From contig VFKM01000012.1 of the NCBI GenBank assembly GCA_009885545.1, positions 23,667-87,666 on the forward strand: a stretch of 64,000 nucleotides of DNA, given 5' to 3'. The notes beneath the pieces are model-generated. The model made no database searches. It had not been told where the DNA came from and saw only the letters and a list, made by a program, of their open reading frames with translations. This DNA comes from Flavobacteriales bacterium. Lineage in GTDB: Bacteria > Bacteroidota > Bacteroidia > Flavobacteriales_D > Crocinitomicaceae. A program made the translations under genes and the position numbers. Every line of letters begins with the position of its first letter. The stretch's first letter is position 1. Positions 13,723-22,578 of the stretch are shown here, piece by piece.

Positions 13723-13965
13723 ATGGCAAAAAATGATAATAAACAATTTCATGTCGGTGATTTAATCACTTATGAAGGAGCAATGTCAGAACCATTATGG
13801 GATTCTTTAGAGGAATTTTCATTTGGCAATGAAATCAAAAAAAATGATTGGCTTCTAGTATTAGAAATTTTAAATGATAAAATAGATTATACTTGGTTTA
13901 AAACACTAACAAAACATGGAGTAGGTTATATAGACTCTTATCTTGAATATGAATTTGTTTCCTAG
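13723..13965 (+). CDS. GxLY-family small protein
   Basis: Motifs VGDLITY ... DWLLVLE ... LTKHGVGYI ... EFVS stop. Confidence 0.65.
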   Translation: MAKNDNKQFHVGDLITYEGAMSEPLWDSLEEFSFGNEIKKNDWLLVLEILNDKIDYTWFKTLTKHGVGYIDSYLEYEFVS

Positions 13966-13969
13966 AAGG

Positions 13970-14200
13970 TCAACTTATTCTTTCAAGACCATAGAAACCT
14001 AACCCAGTACTTTCATAATAATCAATAGTTACAATAATATTTGCACCAGTTACAAACATTGTTAATGTGCCATATTCGTTAGGTTTAGCAAGTTTATTAG
14101 CAACCATTATTAATAATGAACCTTTTTTAACAATAAAGCCAAAATAAAGATCTATTATAGTACAATAAAGGCCGCCAGGAGATTCTAATTTAATTAACAT
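13970..14200 (-). CDS. GxLY-family-like small protein
   Basis: Motifs PGGLYCT ... ERIS stop. A weaker match to the family. Confidence 0.5.
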   Translation of the reverse strand: MLIKLESPGGLYCTIIDLYFGFIVKKGSLLIMVANKLAKPNEYGTLTMFVTGANIIVTIDYYESTGLGFYGLERIS

Positions 14201-14204
14201 ATTT

Positions 14205-14549
14205 TTATTTATTCACTAACTGAAATAATTCATTAAATCTAAATCCTTGTATCTTAAGATGATTCTGACCCATCGACCAAGCATACCAAAATGTAGTTCC
14301 ATTTGTAATGTCCCACACTCTGTAACAATATGCCGTGATCTCTCCACTGCTGTCTGGAAAAATAACAATATCTTTATCTAATAAGATATATGAATTTCCT
14401 ATAATAGTTTCGCAATATTTAAATTTACTAGCCCAGTTTCTCATGATAGACATTGAGGTTCTGCATGCTTGATTCTTATCATTATGGATGTTCAAAAATA
14501 CACGTATTTTACATTCATAGAGAGAGCCAATGGTCGGTTGGGGTTCCAT
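14205..14549 (-). CDS. GxLY-family protein (114 aa)
   Basis: Motifs IGSLYEC ... DKDIVIF. Confidence 0.6.
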   Translation of the reverse strand: MEPQPTIGSLYECKIRVFLNIHNDKNQACRTSMSIMRNWASKFKYCETIIGNSYILLDKDIVIFPDSSGEITAYCYRVWDITNGTTFWYAWSMGQNHLKIQGFRFNELFQLVNK

Positions 14550-14550
14550 T

Positions 14551-14715
14551 TTAATTACTTGATTTATCTTCAGTTGAATTCATTTCTAGAATAGCTTCAA
14601 TTACTGGTTCCCAACCAACTTGTGTCAACCATTGCTGAAACATAATAAACGTATGGATGTTTAATTCAAGAGCCGTTGTGGAAATGAAGTTTAATTCTAA
14701 CCTTTGAAAATCCAT
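14551..14715 (-). CDS. hypothetical protein (54 aa)
   Basis: Below the track cutoff. An AAGGA SD lies in the 19-nt leader of promoter 14735-14762. The stop is 1 nt before the next ATG. Confidence 0.5.
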   Translation of the reverse strand: MDFQRLELNFISTTALELNIHTFIMFQQWLTQVGWEPVIEAILEMNSTEDKSSN

Positions 14716-14734
14716 GTTTGTTTATCCTTGAATC

Positions 14735-14762
14735 ATCTTACTGGTTTCAGAGAGAATATCAA
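14735..14762 (-). promoter_or_regulatory. sigma70-like promoter, leadered
   Basis: -35 TTGATA 14757-14762, N16, -10 TAAGAT 14735-14740. Confidence 0.6.
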
Positions 14763-14771
14763 CCAAATTAG

Positions 14772-15668
14772 TTACTTGTTGTTTTCTACAATAGAAACAC
14801 CTAATCTAGGTTTTAAAAATCCATCAACAAACTCTACAGATAGCACCCCGGAAACGAATGACATCGGAATTTCATTTCCATAGTAATTCCATGTAAATGG
14901 AACACAAGAAAGATTAGAAGGAAAATTGTTTAGTTTCAATCCACCAAATCTTTTAGAATCATTAAGATAACGATGTTCTTTGTTTTTTAAATACGCTATC
15001 GACTTATTTGTTTCATGATCTATATCATAAAGATGAGCATAAAAAGCATTAAACCAACCATTTGAAAAAGGACCACCAGATCCTGTGTTAATTTTATAGA
15101 TCGAAGACCACCAATCTTCATCAATCTTGTTACCATCAACAGTGTTTCTAATCTCTCTAAGAACTGGTCTAAGATTATCAAAATATTCCTTCAATCCAGG
15201 CAATAAGCCTGATAACTTATCAGCAGAATTTAAAACCTTTTCCCAATCTTCTGCTGTTCCTTCAATTTGAAATTTTGGGATACCACAACAAGTTGTCATT
15301 CCATATGAATAATAATTTGATGCTGCATCCATAAAAGAAACCAAGTGTGCAACCTCTGTTTCGAGAGTTCCAGTTGATAGTTTTGGAAGCATATATTCTA
15401 AAATATCAGAAGGGATTTTTTCAATCAGCTTATTTCTGAACTTAATGACTCCTTCCAACCAATTATTCTCTTCACCATAAACAAAATGATCTATAGAAAC
15501 TGAGATATGCTGCTTTATCCCTGGTGTATTTGTAAATAAAGATTCAATTGTTTTATCAGTTGAATTGTTTTTGACATATTGAGCAATTTCTTGAGAGATG
15601 ATAGAGTGGATTACTTCTGGTGAAATACTAAATGGAATATGTTGATCAAATGCATCATGTAGAGACAT
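14772..15668 (-). CDS. hypothetical protein (298 aa), possibly DUF4419-like
   Basis: ORF track. The segment CCGIPKFQIEGTAEDWEKV resembles the DUF4419 core as I recall it. Confidence 0.65.
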   Translation of the reverse strand: MSLHDAFDQHIPFSISPEVIHSIISQEIAQYVKNNSTDKTIESLFTNTPGIKQHISVSIDHFVYGEENNWLEGVIKFRNKLIEKIPSDILEYMLPKLSTGTLETEVAHLVSFMDAASNYYSYGMTTCCGIPKFQIEGTAEDWEKVLNSADKLSGLLPGLKEYFDNLRPVLREIRNTVDGNKIDEDWWSSIYKINTGSGGPFSNGWFNAFYAHLYDIDHETNKSIAYLKNKEHRYLNDSKRFGGLKLNNFPSNLSCVPFTWNYYGNEIPMSFVSGVLSVEFVDGFLKPRLGVSIVENNK

Positions 15669-15709
15669 AACAAATTTGCTAACACTTGAAGTTGGTTGGG
15701 ATAATTCTT

Positions 15710-15946
15710 TTAGAAGTTTATTTTTTTCCCTTCATATTCTTCTGGTGTTTTTGATCGTTTCAAATATCCTTCATAAATTGAATCAGTTGTATATGATTGC
15801 TTTACAGAAACAATATCAGAGGTTCTACTCAGAAAATGGTTTTGTTTGATATTTGGTACAATATTGTTAACAAAATCAATGCTCTTCGTTGTTTCTAATT
15901 CTGGAATATTTTTGGCTTCAATCTTTGATATGTTAAAAATTCTCAT
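15710..15946 (-). CDS. hypothetical protein (78 aa)
   Basis: ORF track. ATG lies 6 nt after a perfect TATAAT. Confidence 0.65.
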   Translation of the reverse strand: MRIFNISKIEAKNIPELETTKSIDFVNNIVPNIKQNHFLSRTSDIVSVKQSYTTDSIYEGYLKRSKTPEEYEGKKINF

Positions 15947-15952
15947 AATTGT

Positions 15953-15981
15953 ATTATATAATCAACGCATTATTATATCAA
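15953..15981 (-). promoter_or_regulatory. sigma70-like promoter, leaderless configuration
   Basis: -35 TTGATA 15976-15981, N17, -10 TATAAT 15953-15958, N6, ATG 15944-15946. Confidence 0.7.
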
Positions 15982-16236
15982 TTATAATTCTTCTGATTTA
16001 AACAATATAATATAATCGTTATTACTGTGCTTGATCCAATTATGAAGAATCCCATGTTTAGAATACCATAAGTTTTGGACACTATTATAAATATAATTTG
16101 GATGTTTATTAACTCCAAGATAGATCAACCAATCTGTTGAACTAATAGGAAACCAAGATTCTTGCAAATAAAAACTCGGCATCCAAATTGGTTGGGTCGG
16201 TCTGTAAAGTTCATATCTCAGAAATTTTGTTTTCAT
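15982..16236 (-). CDS. GxLY-family small protein
   Basis: Motifs YELYRPT ... DWLIYLG ... YSKHGILHN. Confidence 0.6.
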   Translation of the reverse strand: MKTKFLRYELYRPTQPIWMPSFYLQESWFPISSTDWLIYLGVNKHPNYIYNSVQNLWYSKHGILHNWIKHSNNDYIILFKSEEL

Positions 16237-16273
16237 CTATAATTTTTGGAATTTTAAAAAGAAGTTGCTTGAT

Positions 16274-16312
16274 ATGGACTCTGTAATATTCCTTACTTAA
16301 AACAGAGTCCAT
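16274..16312 (-). other. 11-bp hairpin downstream of rIIB
   Basis: ATGGACTCTGT-17 nt-ACAGAGTCCAT. Confidence 0.5.
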
Positions 16313-16333
16313 TATCAATAATAAAGATTTTTA

Positions 16334-16358
16334 ATCTAATGTATGTTTTGCATTAGAT
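16334..16358 (-). terminator. intrinsic terminator after rIIB
   Basis: 8-bp stem ATCTAATG/CATTAGAT, followed on the minus strand by the U-rich run TAAAAATCTTTATTATT. Confidence 0.55.
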
Positions 16359-16375
16359 GGCAAAAATGTTTATAA

Positions 16376-17527
16376 TCATGCAGAATTAGCAGCTCTATTG
16401 ATTAGTAGACTGTCAATAGAAACTAAAGTAAGCATTAATGAATCCAAGTCTCTTCCATCCACACTAAGTTCCAAAGTCTCAAGTTTCTTTTGATAAGATT
16501 TTAGTCTGTCTGTTGACATTTTCTTCAATGAAACCTCAGAATGAAATGCCATTGGAACATAGGAATCTATTGCGACATCTGGCTCCACTTCCTCTGATTC
16601 CTCTTGATCTGGATTAAGACCAGATCCATCATAATAAGCACAAGTCTCCATTAAATATCCAGTACTATTACAGGAATAACAATCGCAATCATGACATTCT
16701 TTCTCCCATTCACCAGATCCACCACATTCCAGACAATCATCTTCCGACTCAGCTTCCTTAAAAGGAGTACAAGAAACTGGATCATTCTCTTTTGGCTCTT
16801 GGACCAGATGCTTGTTCGCATTTGGATTTGTAACAACTCCACGGACTTTGTAGCCAGCGCATCGCATTTTTGATTCATTATAATCAATTGGAATAGCCAC
16901 AACATCTGCTGGATTCACTTCAACCTCAAGCATGGTATCCGATGGACTTCCATATTTATTCGCAGCATAATCCCAATTGGCGACATGAAGACCAAAGGAG
17001 CAAGTTTGATTTGGGTCTTCATTCACTTGGTTCCTTGGCATTGAAAGAACCTTGCCAGGGCTGTTATCAAATTTGCCAGAGTGAATATCAAGAAAATCAT
17101 TCCTTACTTTCTTATAAGCAATAAACATTCCATCTTCTGTGATCGGATGTCGATTCCTTTCAAGGAAGGAGAATAATTGAGTAACTGCTCTCATCGAAGG
17201 ATTCTTTTGAAGATTCCTGAAGAAATTCACTAAAGGTTGGAATGGGAGTCCTTCATTTGAGAAATCCATAATCTGGCGACCAAGTTCACCTGGAACGGCA
17301 GCTCCATCAACCATTACTTGACCATCAACGACCTTGAAGGCTCCACCAGATGATTTCTCAATTTGTGCTGGTCTATTAACCAGAACCTTTACATCGTCCT
17401 CTCTCCCTTCTTTGAGGGCAAGTTTGACTGCCTCAAAGGTTCCTGTATCAGATACTAAAACAGTGTGCGTTTGCCCATCAAAGTTAACTGTGATGGATTG
17501 CTTTGATACCATATATGAAATTGTCAT
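16376..17527 (-). CDS. rIIB: rIIB-like protein with a C-terminal DnaJ-type zinc-finger extension
   Basis: - Collinear with T4 rIIB: FDNSPGKVLSMPRNQVNEDPNQTCSFGLHV and DVVAIPIDYNESKMR.
- Start trimmed to ATG 17525-17527, which has an AAAGGAAAA SD.
- About 150 extra C-terminal residues include CLECGGSG. Confidence 0.85.
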   Translation of the reverse strand: MTISYMVSKQSITVNFDGQTHTVLVSDTGTFEAVKLALKEGREDDVKVLVNRPAQIEKSSGGAFKVVDGQVMVDGAAVPGELGRQIMDFSNEGLPFQPLVNFFRNLQKNPSMRAVTQLFSFLERNRHPITEDGMFIAYKKVRNDFLDIHSGKFDNSPGKVLSMPRNQVNEDPNQTCSFGLHVANWDYAANKYGSPSDTMLEVEVNPADVVAIPIDYNESKMRCAGYKVRGVVTNPNANKHLVQEPKENDPVSCTPFKEAESEDDCLECGGSGEWEKECHDCDCYSCNSTGYLMETCAYYDGSGLNPDQEESEEVEPDVAIDSYVPMAFHSEVSLKKMSTDRLKSYQKKLETLELSVDGRDLDSLMLTLVSIDSLLINRAANSA

Positions 17528-17603
17528 GTTTTTTCCTTTTATTGACGACTGAATTTGAACTGGTTGTATTGTATTGGAGTCTGTTAGTGGTTTCAAGTAA
17601 TAA

Positions 17604-19691
17604 TCATGGATTCTTTTTTGATTTCTCAAATGTTGTATCAATTAGATTAATATAATCAAAAAGGTCTTCATCAATGATCTCGCAATCTCTATTTCTACAA
17701 TAATAATAATCCTGAGCATTTTCTTTGTTTGCAAAATATTTTAACAAAGGATAATGATTTCTTAAAACCTTAACCATAATTTTCAATTCTTTAAGAAAAG
17801 AAGAATGTGGTGTGTTTCTCTCTACAAATACTTGATAAACAAGCAAACTTTTTCTCTTTGTAATAAATTTTACAGCTTCTTCCAGATAACTTATCATTGG
17901 AGAGTTTTTATATTTTAACAAATTAGTTTTAGCAATCATTTTTATTTCTTCATCATCAAATAAAGTTTGATGATGAGCCGCTGTAGAACAAGCAAAAAGA
18001 ACTTCGCCAGGATCAATTTGACTTGTTTTCAGATCATTATCTAAATAATCATCAAATGATTGAATTTCTTCGACTGCATCCTCTAATTTGTCTTTTGGAA
18101 CATTATCGCAAAATCCATAAATACTATAATCTCCCATTTTACAATCCGAATATTTTGACAAACCATTAATATCAATCTCTATTCCTTTGTGCAAAGGAAT
18201 ATATGTTTGTGCTGATGAATATTGTTGATTAGATTTCTTTAAATGAATCCAGACTTTCTTTTTTGTATCCTCTTCAAACTTATCAAAAGATGTCCTCTGA
18301 AATCCTGTTGTGCCCTTACCGAGAACAAAAAACGTAAGTCTGCCAAGAGAAGCTTTTTTAGATTTTGGCTTATAATAATCTTCTGATTGTACTAATTCAA
18401 GAAGGTCTAATCGTTTATCTGTAATTTCTTTTAAATCAGAAAATTTCATTAAAATAACACAAGTCTTGCTAGGAAACTTTTCTAGCAACTTTATTGCAAA
18501 ATTTTGCGCTCTTGCATCAAAAGGAAGCATCTGTTGCATAACACAATAAATTGATTCTTTATTGATTGGTAAAGTGTGACTTGAATAGTGTTTTTGTTTT
18601 TTTACAAGATTACATCCAATAACTCGATCATATCTTACAATTTCTCCATGAGTTAGAGTCGTAGCTGCACCAAATAATTTTATTCCTTTCCACATGCAAT
18701 TATCAAAACGATCAAAGATTTTTGATAATTCATCAAATTGACAATTGGCTTCAATAAAAGTGGAAGCTCCTGAAATAGACTCTTCAACTTTTTTATCGAT
18801 TTCTTTTTCTAGAACCTGTAGTTTTTTAGTAATAGCAAATTTGTTTTTATCATCAATTTCTACTTGCTCCCTATTGGCCGAAACAGAAATTTCTCCTGTT
18901 TTAAACTTAAGATACAAAGAAACCCCGTAATTAAATCTAATTGGGACGCAAGAAAAATCAAATGTATATTCGATTCCATCAACAATCAAAAATAGTTCTC
19001 TGTTTCCATAATGATTTGATCCTTTGTTAATATACCAATCAGTTCCAGATAAAACAGTAACATTATTTTCAAAGACAACACCTCCACCTTTGATAACAGG
19101 TTTAACGTCCCACCATTTAGTAATGTGGTGAATTTCTTTGATAAATTCTGAAAAATCATTACTTCTGATTGGAATAACGATCTCTGTTCCAGTTTTAGCA
19201 ATTGTTGATTCTTCTGATAAAAGAACTAATTTACCACAGCGAGATTCATCAATAATTGCATTATAGGAACGATGAATACCATCAATGAATGTATTGATAA
19301 TAAAGGAATCAGAGTAACCAAAACTACTCTTTGCGCCAATTCCATATGTCCCAACCTGAACATCACTATTTCTTTTAGTTGAATTTCCATATTTGATGAA
19401 AATTTCTTTTATTCTTGTTGGACTGATTCCTGGCCCAAAATCTCTAATACGGAGATTCGGATCTAAAAATGTTGGAATTGTAATTTCAATTGGGACATCA
19501 TCTTTCCCAATTTCTCTGTGAGCATCTCTTGCATTACAGGAATATTCCCTCACAATTGCTCTTTTGATATTTGAATAGATTTTGTTCCTGAGAAGACTCA
19601 AAATGAATCCGACATTTCCAATTCCGAAAGAATCCTCATCAAGAACACCGGAGGATTCGATTTCGGGTGATTCAATATTCAGTTTTGCCAT
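17604..19691 (-). CDS. rIIA: rIIA-like GHKL ATPase
   Basis: 695 aa with N-box CNARDAH, G1 RDFGPGIS and G2 GTYGIGAKS. Sits directly upstream of rIIB, as in T4. Confidence 0.8.
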   Translation of the reverse strand: MAKLNIESPEIESSGVLDEDSFGIGNVGFILSLLRNKIYSNIKRAIVREYSCNARDAHREIGKDDVPIEITIPTFLDPNLRIRDFGPGISPTRIKEIFIKYGNSTKRNSDVQVGTYGIGAKSSFGYSDSFIINTFIDGIHRSYNAIIDESRCGKLVLLSEESTIAKTGTEIVIPIRSNDFSEFIKEIHHITKWWDVKPVIKGGGVVFENNVTVLSGTDWYINKGSNHYGNRELFLIVDGIEYTFDFSCVPIRFNYGVSLYLKFKTGEISVSANREQVEIDDKNKFAITKKLQVLEKEIDKKVEESISGASTFIEANCQFDELSKIFDRFDNCMWKGIKLFGAATTLTHGEIVRYDRVIGCNLVKKQKHYSSHTLPINKESIYCVMQQMLPFDARAQNFAIKLLEKFPSKTCVILMKFSDLKEITDKRLDLLELVQSEDYYKPKSKKASLGRLTFFVLGKGTTGFQRTSFDKFEEDTKKKVWIHLKKSNQQYSSAQTYIPLHKGIEIDINGLSKYSDCKMGDYSIYGFCDNVPKDKLEDAVEEIQSFDDYLDNDLKTSQIDPGEVLFACSTAAHHQTLFDDEEIKMIAKTNLLKYKNSPMISYLEEAVKFITKRKSLLVYQVFVERNTPHSSFLKELKIMVKVLRNHYPLLKYFANKENAQDYYYCRNRDCEIIDEDLFDYINLIDTTFEKSKKNP

Positions 19692-19699
19692 AGAAGAAT

Positions 19700-19728
19700 A
19701 GATTAGCAGAAGAGGAACGGATTATCAA
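19700..19728 (-). promoter_or_regulatory. sigma70-like promoter, leaderless configuration (rIIA)
   Basis: -35 TTGATA 19723-19728, N17, -10 TAATCT 19700-19705, N8, ATG 19689-19691. Confidence 0.6.
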
Positions 19729-19806
19729 GCAATTATTCGTTTGTTAAATGACTCTGTTTGTTATTTATTTAATAATTTCAGCCATTATATTAATATAATA
19801 ATGCCT

Positions 19807-20061
19807 TCAGCTTATCAGTTGGAACCATTTAGGATCCTTAAAACATCTATAGAAATGACTTTCCAAAAGAAAAACACAACCTTGTTTGCTAAAAAAACTT
19901 AAGTTGCCATTTTTAGTAATTCCTAAAAATATATAAAGTTCACCTTTTTCTCCCTCAACAGAATAAGGTGGTGATCCAAGTTCATAGCTTGGTGCATCAT
20001 TTGACCTAAAACTAAGACGTTCTTTTAACTTATAAAGATTTCCAATATTAGAGTAAATCAT
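19807..20061 (-). CDS. GxLY-family small protein
   Basis: Motifs IGNLYKL ... LYIFLGI ... QLIS stop. Confidence 0.65.
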   Translation of the reverse strand: MIYSNIGNLYKLKERLSFRSNDAPSYELGSPPYSVEGEKGELYIFLGITKNGNLSFFSKQGCVFLLESHFYRCFKDPKWFQLIS

Positions 20062-20064
20062 TTA

Positions 20065-20295
20065 TTATATCTTTTTAAATAAAAAAGCATTCTTACTAAT
20101 GCCAATAGTAGGAAGAATATATGTTCCTCCCTTGAAAAGTATAGTGATATCATTATCTATTCTTGTATCAATTATCAAAACAATATCATTTGGTATTATT
20201 TTTTTTAATCGAAAAGACTTAAAATAAAGAGCCGGATAATATGAAAAAAGATCATCTCCGATAAACTGATAAAGTTCTCCAGTTTCAAGTAACAT
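20065..20295 (-). CDS. GxLY-family small protein
   Basis: Motifs TGELYQF ... NDIVLIID ... ILFKGGTY. Confidence 0.65.
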   Translation of the reverse strand: MLLETGELYQFIGDDLFSYYPALYFKSFRLKKIIPNDIVLIIDTRIDNDITILFKGGTYILPTIGISKNAFLFKKI

Positions 20296-20299
20296 AATT

Positions 20300-20557
20300 T
20301 CAACTCATACTTTCAAATTGAGATCTATTTCCTTCTATATGTGTTCCAAATATAAAATACGTTTTTCCTTTAAATAAGATTCCTGCAATGGGATCAGATG
20401 TATCATCTCTCCAAATTACTAGAATAATATCATTAGATTCTAATTTAACAAAATTAATAATATCAATTGGTTCACCATATATTGGATAAAAATTATTTAT
20501 ACTATTCATATGAGGAATAAATTGGTACAACTCTCCAATCTCTAAATCTGTATTCAT
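20300..20557 (-). CDS. GxLY-family small protein
   Basis: Motifs IGELYQF ... NDIILVIW ... ILFKGKTY. Confidence 0.65.
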   Translation of the reverse strand: MNTDLEIGELYQFIPHMNSINNFYPIYGEPIDIINFVKLESNDIILVIWRDDTSDPIAGILFKGKTYFIFGTHIEGNRSQFESMS

Positions 20558-20931
20558 TTAGATTCTCCATGCTGGCTTCTTGCAATCAAATACATTCCAA
20601 TGAATTCTTTTAACCTATCTCCATCAAGATACCTATGTGCCCAAACAAGAGGATCTTTATTTCCTTTTTCATTATTGCATTTCCAACATAAAACCATATA
20701 GTTTTCTCTAATATTTTTTCCTCCTTGTGCCCTCGGGATGATATGATCAATAGTCAAATAGTTTCTTGTATTTGGGAATCCATTTCTTCTGCAAACAAGA
20801 AGTTTACCATCCTCTCCCATGTATTTGATTTTACCAGAAACAGGACAAAGAACTGATGCTCCACACCTGAAGCAAGAATGGTTAAAGTGTTTAAGAACTT
20901 TTTGTCCCTCGCCATGAGAAAGATAACCCAT
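20554..20931 (-). CDS. HNH homing endonuclease
   Basis: Core DHIIPRAQGGKN...N...LCWKCNNEKG, with an N-terminal CxxC...C. Confidence 0.85.
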   Translation of the reverse strand: MGYLSHGEGQKVLKHFNHSCFRCGASVLCPVSGKIKYMGEDGKLLVCRRNGFPNTRNYLTIDHIIPRAQGGKNIRENYMVLCWKCNNEKGNKDPLVWAHRYLDGDRLKEFIGMYLIARSQHGESK

Positions 20932-20937
20932 AAAAGG

Positions 20938-20965
20938 ATCATAGCAGAACCAGTTAGAATATCAA
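20938..20965 (-). promoter_or_regulatory. sigma70-like promoter, leaderless configuration
   Basis: -35 TTGATA 20960-20965, N16, -10 TATGAT 20938-20943, N6, ATG 20929-20931. Confidence 0.6.
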
Positions 20966-20970
20966 CTGAA

Positions 20971-21258
20971 CTATGTTATTAATTTTGACAGACTTGGGAG
21001 GATATGTCTATTGGTTATTGACGCTGACATTAATCCATACTTTGTATAAAAAATATATGGTTCATAACAGAACGTATCCGAAATTTCAGCAATCCCAAGA
21101 TAAATTAACCATTCCTTTTGATGAAATCTTTGATAGCCATCAAAATTAGTTCCTATATTGCAACTCAACCAAAAATAGTTTTTATCAGGATCTTCTGCGG
21201 CTCCATCTTGATCTACAATATACATTTTTCCTATTATTAATTCTTCTCTTGTTATCAT
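20971..21258 (-). CDS. GxLY-family small protein
   Basis: Motifs IGKMYIV ... EWLIYLG ... YTKYGLM. Start trimmed to the ATGA overlap with the upstream stop. Confidence 0.6.
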   Translation of the reverse strand: MITREELIIGKMYIVDQDGAAEDPDKNYFWLSCNIGTNFDGYQRFHQKEWLIYLGIAEISDTFCYEPYIFYTKYGLMSASITNRHILPSLSKLIT

Positions 21259-21494
21259 GATATTTTCTTCCAACGACTTTGAAGAAGATTCAAAGAATAG
21301 CCAACATATACTAATTTCACTGTTCCTAGATGTAAAACTTCTATGTTGTTGTTTTTATTTATTTCTTTTGTTACAATAATAACATCATTAACTTGTATAA
21401 AACATGACGTGGTTCCATCATAAGCCACCCAACCATAATTATTACTATTGATATGACGATACATTTCTCCTATATTAAAGAATAAATAAAACAT
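21255..21494 (-). CDS. GxLY-family small protein
   Basis: Motifs IGEMYRH ... NDVIIVT ... KKIS stop. Confidence 0.65.
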   Translation of the reverse strand: MFYLFFNIGEMYRHINSNNYGWVAYDGTTSCFIQVNDVIIVTKEINKNNNIEVLHLGTVKLVYVGYSLNLLQSRWKKIS

Positions 21495-21527
21495 TTTTTC
21501 AAAAAAAATCTGTAAATAAAAACGATT

Positions 21528-21818
21528 TTATATTATCTCTTCAAAACAAGACTTATTAGAGTAAGATTCTAAACCAAAAATAATTTTAATTTGTCCTTTG
21601 TGTAAGATTTTTACAGCTATTTCCTTTTTCATATGTTTCACTGCGGCAATAATAAAAATAATATCATTTATTAACAATGCTTCTCGGATATCTACAGTGT
21701 TTACATCATATGTTGTATAATGTGTATAACGTTTTCCATGATCTCCATGTATAAATCTATACAAATTTCCACATTTGAAACCAAATACTGTTTCATCCGT
21801 GATGACTTCAATCTTCAT
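21528..21818 (-). CDS. GxLY-family small protein
   Basis: Motifs CGNLYRF ... NDIIFIIA ... ILHKGQIKI. Confidence 0.65.
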   Translation of the reverse strand: MKIEVITDETVFGFKCGNLYRFIHGDHGKRYTHYTTYDVNTVDIREALLINDIIFIIAAVKHMKKEIAVKILHKGQIKIIFGLESYSNKSCFEEII

Positions 21819-22184
21819 TTAGACATCTACAGATGTTGTTAGAAGTGTCCAACGGTATGGAAGCTTTTGGCTTTCTTCTTTTTTATAAAAGATCTTTTGG
21901 ATTTTGTTGGCTGCATTTTCAAGAGATGACGCCCTAACAGTATAATCTGTTTTAGATACTGCCCTAACCTTTACTTCATAAGTAAATGGTCCCTCTTTTG
22001 GCTCCAGTTTATTTAAATAAAGAAAAGTCCATCGAACAAGTTTGCTTGTATTTCCATAAACTGGTTTAATTGTAAAGCCGAGCATAAGTTCCTCGGCTTT
22101 TGATCTTGCATCTGATTCAGATTCAGCAAATGCAATTCTCAGATTGACTGTTTCGACCTCAAGAACTTTAGAAATATAATTCAT
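21819..22184 (-). CDS. hypothetical protein (121 aa)
   Basis: ORF track. ATG lies 6 nt after the -10. Confidence 0.65.
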   Translation of the reverse strand: MNYISKVLEVETVNLRIAFAESESDARSKAEELMLGFTIKPVYGNTSKLVRWTFLYLNKLEPKEGPFTYEVKVRAVSKTDYTVRASSLENAANKIQKIFYKKEESQKLPYRWTLLTTSVDV

Positions 22185-22190
22185 AGAACA

Positions 22191-22218
22191 ATCATAACAG
22201 AAACAAGAAGAATATCAA
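22191..22218 (-). promoter_or_regulatory. sigma70-like promoter, leaderless configuration
   Basis: -35 TTGATA 22213-22218, N16, -10 TATGAT 22191-22196, N6, ATG 22182-22184. Confidence 0.6.
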
Positions 22219-22219
22219 C

Positions 22220-22537
22220 CTATTTCAGTATTTTTTTTAATTCTGGCTCACTTAGCTCATATCCAAGTTTTTTGGCTGCTGCAATAAGTTCTTTTGAAAC
22301 ATAATTCAATCTTTGCTTATCAAATTTCGAATGAACTTTATACCACTCTTCTGTTTCTTGTGTTAAACACAATGGTGAATTATGCTTGGAATCTTCGCAT
22401 ACTTGACATAAAAGCCTTATAACTTTGTCTAATTCTTGCTTCAAAGTTCTTGCTTGAGATTCTAAGATACGGCACTTCTCTTTCAATTCAGAATTATAGT
22501 ACTCTTGCTCACTGGATTCAGGACCACGACATGGCAT
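22220..22537 (-). CDS. hypothetical protein (105 aa)
   Basis: ORF track. Has an AAAGGAAA SD. Confidence 0.65.
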   Translation of the reverse strand: MPCRGPESSEQEYYNSELKEKCRILESQARTLKQELDKVIRLLCQVCEDSKHNSPLCLTQETEEWYKVHSKFDKQRLNYVSKELIAAAKKLGYELSEPELKKILK

Positions 22538-22578
22538 AACTTAATTTCCTTTAATATCATTATTAAGCGAACAAAATA

